Shown here: one piece after another, positions 54,992-56,181 of the stretch
Position numbering within the stretch: position 1 is the first letter of the stretch
Layout of the letters: each line of letters opens with the position of its first letter
Source of the DNA: a virus
Lineage: Duplodnaviria; Caudoviricetes
IMG/VR virus record: IMGVR_UViG_3300021420_000040
Span: 1 to 56,181 of that record
Direction: 5' to 3' (one strand)
Length of the DNA stretch: 56,181 nt
Made by a program: the position numbers and the translations under genes
Notes under the pieces: model-generated
What the model was told of the DNA's origin: nothing
The model's database searches: none
Seen by the model: the letters and a program-made list of their open reading frames with translations, nothing else

Positions 54992-55216
54992 GTGGACGAT
55001 GCCGAATACAGAGCCAGAATCGAAGTGTGGAAGAGGGTCTGCAAGGAACCGCTGTTCCAATTCCTGAAGCACGACCCGACTGGGCGTACCATCATGTGCC
55101 TATTCGGGGAGGGGCAGATCAGCTTGGGCAAGGCCGCCGAGGCTATTACCGAAAAATTCTGCCTCGGCCTAGAGCCTACATTGCCGGAATGGAAGGGGTA
55201 TGATGCCCAAACCTAA
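54992..55216 (+). CDS. Hypothetical protein
   Basis: GGGAGG RBS. Confidence 0.6.
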   Translation: MDDAEYRARIEVWKRVCKEPLFQFLKHDPTGRTIMCLFGEGQISLGKAAEAITEKFCLGLEPTLPEWKGYDAQT

Positions 55217-55469
55217 GACTGTCAAACTCGCAAGCGACATCCCGCGCCCGAAACTGAGTGGGGTGGTCGGCAAGTCGAAGGAATGGGCCTCGATTGTCCG
55301 GATGATGAAGGCCGGCGGCAAGATCGAGGTCCGTATCCCTGCCGATGGCTTCGACGGCCTCAAACAGCCGATGAGGGCCTTCCTTGCGGCTATGAAGCGC
55401 AAGTATCGGAAAACGTACCACGTCTATGCTGTGAAAGGCGTGATCTATGCCGTGCCGAGGCCGAAATGA
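55203..55469 (+). CDS. Basic hypothetical protein
   Basis: Coupled ORF, Lys-rich. Confidence 0.6.
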   Translation: MPKPKTVKLASDIPRPKLSGVVGKSKEWASIVRMMKAGGKIEVRIPADGFDGLKQPMRAFLAAMKRKYRKTYHVYAVKGVIYAVPRPK

Positions 55470-55663
55470 ACAGCGAGGAAAATCTGATGTATCGGGCAGG
55501 ACTCGATGAGGATGCGCCGCCGTGTCGCCAGTGTCGGCACGCAGCACATGCTTTCGAGATATGCGGGATCGACAGGTGTGCCTGCTCGAAATATGAGCCG
55601 CTGAACGTCGAAGACATACTGGACCACGAAGGGAGAATACTCAATGAAGGGAATAGCCGATGA
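55466..55663 (+). CDS. Small Cys/His protein, paralog of 616..819
   Basis: CRQCRHAAH...RCAC..EPL..EDILDHEGRI. Confidence 0.75.
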   Translation: MNSEENLMYRAGLDEDAPPCRQCRHAAHAFEICGIDRCACSKYEPLNVEDILDHEGRILNEGNSR

Positions 55664-56181
55664 CCGTCTTTTACAAGATTTTCACGCATGACTTTTGCTC
55701 TCCGATTCAGGGAGGGAAGCCGATCTGGGATGGCTCGCTGCCGTTCAAGTTGCCCACCGTAGAACTCGACACCGGACCTGCTGAGTGCGCGCCAGGATGG
55801 AACTTTGTCGATGAGTTGAGCAAAGGATTTCAGATTGCCGGAATGTGGCCGACTGGCCGACCCTCGCAGGTTGCGATTGTTGAGCCATCAAAAGATGCTA
55901 TTCAGCGGGGCGATAAATGGCGATCTTCGGGCGGAACGATAAAACGCTTTGCCCGAGAATCCGAGATTGCCAAAGGTGTACAGAAGTTCTCCGAAGTATT
56001 TCGAACCCACGCTCCCGAAATGGCAAACGAACAGATCGCTTGGAGGTATGCGCTTGGCCGACCTGAATGTAATGAAAAAGCCGTCGTGGAAGCATTGGAA
56101 AAGGCTTTGGCCGCTCGCGGCGTCGCTTGGAAAGTCAAAAGCTGCAAAGATGCGTGGGCTGCGTGGGATGCGCGGGCTGCG
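55660..56181 (+). CDS. 5' part of junction-spanning protein with DAW/DAR repeats (continues at 1..360)
   Basis: ATG at 55660 overlaps the upstream stop; open frame MTVFYKIFTHDFCSPIQGG... reads to the end and joins the 40..360 frame through the terminal repeat. Confidence 0.8.
   Translation, partial: MTVFYKIFTHDFCSPIQGGKPIWDGSLPFKLPTVELDTGPAECAPGWNFVDELSKGFQIAGMWPTGRPSQVAIVEPSKDAIQRGDKWRSSGGTIKRFARESEIAKGVQKFSEVFRTHAPEMANEQIAWRYALGRPECNEKAVVEALEKALAARGVAWKVKSCKDAWAAWDARAA
56047..56181. repeat. Terminal direct repeat (circular overlap), right copy
   Basis: tatgcgcttggccgacc... matches the window start for 126 bp. Confidence 0.95.

Noticed and set aside
1-56181. tRNA or rRNA genes and alternative genetic code
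   Set aside because: No cloverleaf recognised by eye; long genes are intact under the standard code and all three stop codons are used

Overview
The window looks like one complete, circularly permuted tailed-phage genome of about 56.05 kb. Bases 1-126 recur at 56047-56172, and one gene runs across that junction. The virion module is podovirus-like (P22/T7-style) on the minus strand: terminase, a portal split into two genes, scaffold, major capsid, two decoration paralogs, tail tube proteins, a GNAT and ejection proteins. The capsid gene is interrupted by a ~197-nt group I intron and flanked by free-standing HNH and LAGLIDADG endonucleases. In the tail-fibre position sit five large Ser/Thr/Gly/Cys-rich proteins that all carry Sec-type signal peptides. 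Upstream of the terminase is a 7-gene sugar-modification cluster: nucleotide-sugar dehydrogenase, methyltransferase, B12 radical SAM and four glycosyltransferase-like genes. A divergent early control region at 53.7-53.9 kb produces a rightward leader RNA complementary to the shared ribosome-binding motif of three leftward early genes, a candidate RNA switch. I recognise no integrase, DNA polymerase, primase, helicase or canonical endolysin. The host is unknown; Acidobacteria is a weak guess from the style of the secreted proteins. All family calls come from reading motifs by eye, not from database searches.
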